From Lepidodermella squamata (taxonomy: Eukaryota; Animalia; Gastrotricha), in contig JBLDXI010000012.1 in the NCBI GenBank assembly GCA_047495785.1, positions 1,116,001 to 1,180,000 on the forward strand: a stretch of 64,000 bases of DNA, in the 5' to 3' direction. Below the pieces are notes generated by a model. The model worked only from the letters and a program-made list of their open reading frames with translations, ran no database searches and had not been told where the DNA came from. This document shows, piece after piece, positions 59,855 through 64,000 of this stretch. Within the stretch, counting starts at the first letter, position 1, and each line of letters opens with the position of its first letter. A program made the translations under genes and the position numbers.

Positions 59855-62800
59855 TTAGTACTGCCTTTTAGCAGTTCCAGGAAGCACCGCGTGGAGGTCG
59901 ATCACCTTTGCTTCCCACAAACGCCAGGAGGTTAACGTAAAACAAGCAAACAAAAATGTAGCAACAAACAATTTGTTTTTGTTTCCAGTGGTGCATCTGA
60001 CGTTATTGCGACTCATTATACCCAAGAACTGTATTCTTTCATAAAAATCCCTGTAACCTATGCATTTGCTGGGCAGCCAATTCTTAGGCTGAGGCCCATT
60101 CGGCCCAACATAGTCGACAACACCCCATGTATTGTTGCCAATACAAGCGATCGTGACGTTGTTGTCCCACATAAGAGGATCGATGACCTGCTCATTCCTA
60201 CACATGTAAAATATCCGCGTCATGTACTCCCAGACTTTCGGCGTCGACGCTGCGTCCGGAGATATCACACAATTCGCGACGTTGGGCGACAAACCGCAAT
60301 TGAATGCTACCAGAGAACATCAGAAAATTTCGAAAATTAGCAAAATATCGTGAACTCACGGACGCAGCGACCTGGATCCGCTGGTGTCCAGGTGCTCTTT
60401 TCGTCGCATTGGATTAAGGAAGATTTCTCCAAAGTTTGTTCGAAGAGGTACCCCTTATCGCACGTAAAGTTGACAATAGTGTAACGCCTGTTGATCGGAG
60501 CTCCAGTTGCGCTAGCATTATAAGAGCTGAAATCAACAACAGGCAAAGGTGGGCATAAGGTAGACGAGCAGTTGAGAGCATCGCCTTGGAAAGCACCATA
60601 CGGAGGAGCTACACAAAGAAAGATATAGCAAAAAGATCAAATGACGATAAGAACCAACCGCAAATTCGAGTCAAATCTCCCGCTACCCATTCGTAATCGA
60701 CGTTGCAAGTGTAGTAAAGGGTCATTGTGCCACCACTGACAGTGATATCAGGTGATAGTTGAGCGTTAGGAATCACCGGGTAGGGACCACACAACGTTTG
60801 GCAGTCCAGGAACCGGCCAACCCAACGCTTCTTGACTTGATCGCCTTAGCATTAGGAAATTGGGAAATCATTCGAGTAAGATAAAGTTTGGTGAACTTAC
60901 AATACAAGGTCGTATTATCTCCATTCCACGCTGCGTTGGTGTAGCCAGGCATGCATGTGTACCTCACAGAGAGATTTACCGGCATGTTAATGATCTCTTG
61001 TACAGTTCCGTCCTAGAAAAACGCGCTTTTGATAAAGCCTCAGAGAAATGCGGTTATTACCATTGAGGGGTTAGGGCCGCATGTTGGGGAAATGCTAGAG
61101 CAATCATCCATTCGGAAATATGAGTCCGTATTCGAGTTCACGCTACCCTTGCCATCTCCAGGCTTACAAACGGAAGAATAAAGCAAGCACTTGTTGGTCA
61201 CTCGATTGAAAACTGCAAGTTGACAAGTTGGGACCGGTGCACACAGATTCTGACACGCATCCCCCGTCAGTGCGGAGAAGTTGCTGATCGAAGTGGTCGC
61301 GCAGGAGAAGTTACTGGCCATTACGAAGCGAACCGCGTTTGATGACTGCGGTCGAATCTTCATAGAAGTCCATGTGAGTGTTGGGCAGTAACCTCCGGCA
61401 TAGGTCCACCAGTAAATTCCGCGATCGCAAGTTGAAGTCGAAACGTATGGTCCATTCAAGTTTGAGGTCAGACTTGGCCATTTGCATGGCGCAGCTCGCC
61501 ACCAGCCACCCGTACCGCAATCATCGACCTTCACAAAAGCTCAGGCTTAGATCAAATAATTGCTCCGTAACTTACGATGAATTGAAAATCGACCAATGAG
61601 GATAGCGAATCTCCAGCGGTCGAGCAAGTTTGGTAACCACTAGAAGCAAAGGATCACTTCGTGGGGAAATGAATTAGCAATAAATACCTTAGCTTCAGCA
61701 CGCTAACGCCGGAACTCGTGTAAAACAGGTCGTACAGTGCAAAGGCGTAGCTGTAGGACGAATCTTGCATTTCAACCAGGAGCTGGTACTTATCAGCTTG
61801 GGTCAAAGCTCGAATCACGCTGTTACCAAGCCAGAAATTGGTCTTGTAACTCCCGAATGACAACTCGTAACCAGTGAAGTCTTGGAGGAAGGTTTGCTTG
61901 TTGTCAACTCGGCGTTGAATCACAGTCCAGCCGCCACCCATCATTTCCATGTCGCAATACGCCGTGAAAGGTCCACTAACAGAGCTGTACAAGTTGGTTT
62001 GCGTGTTAGAGAAATACTTCGCAGTCCCGGTGAGGGTACTTTGAAGATAGGCACAGTCTTGCGGCGCAGGGAATGCTTTGAGAAAATGAGATTTGAGAAG
62101 TTATAGGGAACTCCTAAAGACAAAGTCTTACGTTTGCAAACTATGTCAGTTCCAGCGTAAAAGCCAGATCCCAGATCAGGCAATGGCATTCGAATGATAT
62201 CTCCACTTTCATACTTGTTAGGGTGGTTACACGTGTGAAGCGTTACTTGCATTGCACCACATAGAGGCGTAGACTTCGCATTGTACGCATCAATAGCAGC
62301 TCGGCGTTGAATGGCGAGCGTGATTTCTATCAATGGCGTCGATGAAGCAAAGGCATTCCATACGGCTGTTAAAGGGAGCGAAGGGTCCAGTTTCCCGAAC
62401 AAGAACGCAGAGTAGCAAGTCGATGTGGACGTGAACCACCAACCGCCCAGCATAGCCTGAGCACAACCCTGTGATGGGCCCTGGTCTGCAGTTGAAAATT
62501 CGAGACCGTTGTGATCGGAAAGGGAGTCGCCTAATAATATCAGTTAAACTGGGTCTTTCAAGTTCATCAAAGGAACTTACCCGCCGTTCCAGCCCCTAAA
62601 CGGAATCCAGAGACAAAAAGGCGGTATCCGTCACTTTCACTCGTTATTCTGAAACTGTCGTAGTAAATCGTGGCGGTTTGACCATTATTGGCCTTCATGT
62701 ACACCCTTAGCTGATACGAGGCAGAATTAGTGAGCTTGTTCAGATTTTCATTTCCTGTGTAGAAGTCCGAGCCTCCATATCCATTGTTCCCGAAGCCTGC

Positions 62801-63870
62801 TTTATAGTCAGCCCAGTTCTTTTCGAAGTCAAATGTTTTGACTGTTCGGCGGGCAATTAGCTGAAAAATATAGGTAAGTGTCATGGGATTTCGAAATTTG
62901 AAATGCAAACCGTCCATCCTTTCAAGCCAGTTGCATCTGCTGACATTTGACAAGGCAAACGAGTAGCCCCCAAGCCAAAGGGGTACATCCAATACCGAGC
63001 ATCACTCGCAGTTCCACCGTACTGATCCAAAATATGCTTGCAATCAACAGGCTTTTCACCTTTCAAGTATTCCTCAACATTAAGAAGCTCAAACATCAGG
63101 AGAAATCTTACTTGGTCTCTTAATCATCATGACCATAGATTTCAGAGATTCGTAACGGCCCTTCCAGGTAGCCCAATTCATGCCCATTTCGAAGTCACTG
63201 CTGCCGTAGGCGCCATTCACATTCGACTCGAGGCAGTAGCCACTATTGACAGCGTACATGTCTTGATCGTAAAACCAACCACCACTACGACTCTTTGGGC
63301 AATAATCGCTGCTGGACTTATCATAGGTTTTAAATGTTTTGGTTTTGTGAACCGAAAGGCTGTCGCCTTAATTGAGGAAAATTTGCGCTATGTTTCCTCC
63401 TAAAAATTGGACTTACCAGGAGTTTCGATTTCCGATGTGACATAGCTCCCAAAATTCAAATCATACAGCGTAGTAGAATCTCCGATGATAAAGCTTGTGT
63501 AATACGCTGTTCGCTTCTCCCCTGTGTAGTCTTCCATCACGATAGCTAAAGTGTATGGCAGATTGGTTTTCTTGAAGTCGGTTAGAGTGCGTATGTTGTC
63601 ATTCCCTAAGTAGAAATTTCCACTCGGGTTGCCGAATCCTTTTGCATAGGTGTCCCAGTTTTGAGTGAAGTTGACTGTACCGTCGTAGTGTCGTGCAATG
63701 GATGTCCAACCACCTCCTAACGCAGCCATGTCGCAGTACACATACACCGTAGTCGAAAGAGAGACATCTGTCGGGTAGATGCGATAGACACCCGAACCAG
63801 CGGTAGGATTATTCTGCAATATATCTTCGCAGTCGACTGGGTACGGGTACGTAGGGAAGAAAGCTGGGTA
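59855..63870 (-). CDS. Mosaic protein with at least 3 fibrinogen C-terminal (FReD) domains, a PAN/apple-like domain and several sushi/CCP domains; 5' end probably beyond the window
   Basis: FReD motifs VYCDMAALGGGWT..WDTYAKGFG..FYLGN, WADYKAGFG, AYCDMEMMGGGWTVIQRR and GGWW. PAN-like ACQNLC..CQLAVFN..KCLLY. Sushi motifs CGP.P..RYTC.PGY and FTCDKGY..IQCDEKSTW. Confidence 0.8.
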
Positions 63871-64000
63871 GATAATACAGAAAATGGCTTGGCGATAAGG
63901 ATATTCATAAAAAATGATTACTAGGCAAAGAGTAAGGCATCGGTGATCGGCGGATCATCATTTTAGCTGTTTTGACCGATTCTAGATAGCCCTTGAAGGC

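Overview
This is eukaryotic (metazoan) DNA from a compact, AT-rich genome with mostly 50-60 nt GT-AG introns. Conventional genes are a T-type-like voltage-gated Ca2+ channel, a GT92 glycosyltransferase, a carbonyl-reductase SDR, a receptor tyrosine kinase, an intron-containing histone H1, BBS7, USP22, a FREM1-like ECM protein and a fibrinogen/PAN/sushi mosaic protein. RNA genes are U6 snRNA, U3 snoRNA and a tRNA-Glu pseudogene. There is also a trypsin pseudogene, a decaying kinase-ankyrin gene and several non-autonomous DNA transposons. The most unusual signals are: (1) four very large small-heat-shock proteins (420-505 aa where complete) that fuse a glycine-zipper domain and, in one subtype, GLFG/Asn-rich repeats to an alpha-crystallin domain; (2) a head-to-head pair of TIR genes, TIR-only and TIR-PLAT-PLAT, both with the candidate catalytic Glu; (3) a Cav3 with an E-D-D-D selectivity filter and an AT-AA first intron; (4) a duplicated secreted polycation with (Ser-X)n blocks resembling underwater silk or adhesive proteins; (5) a shared, position-exact promoter element upstream of U6 and U3. 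All calls come from motif recognition by eye; no searches were run.
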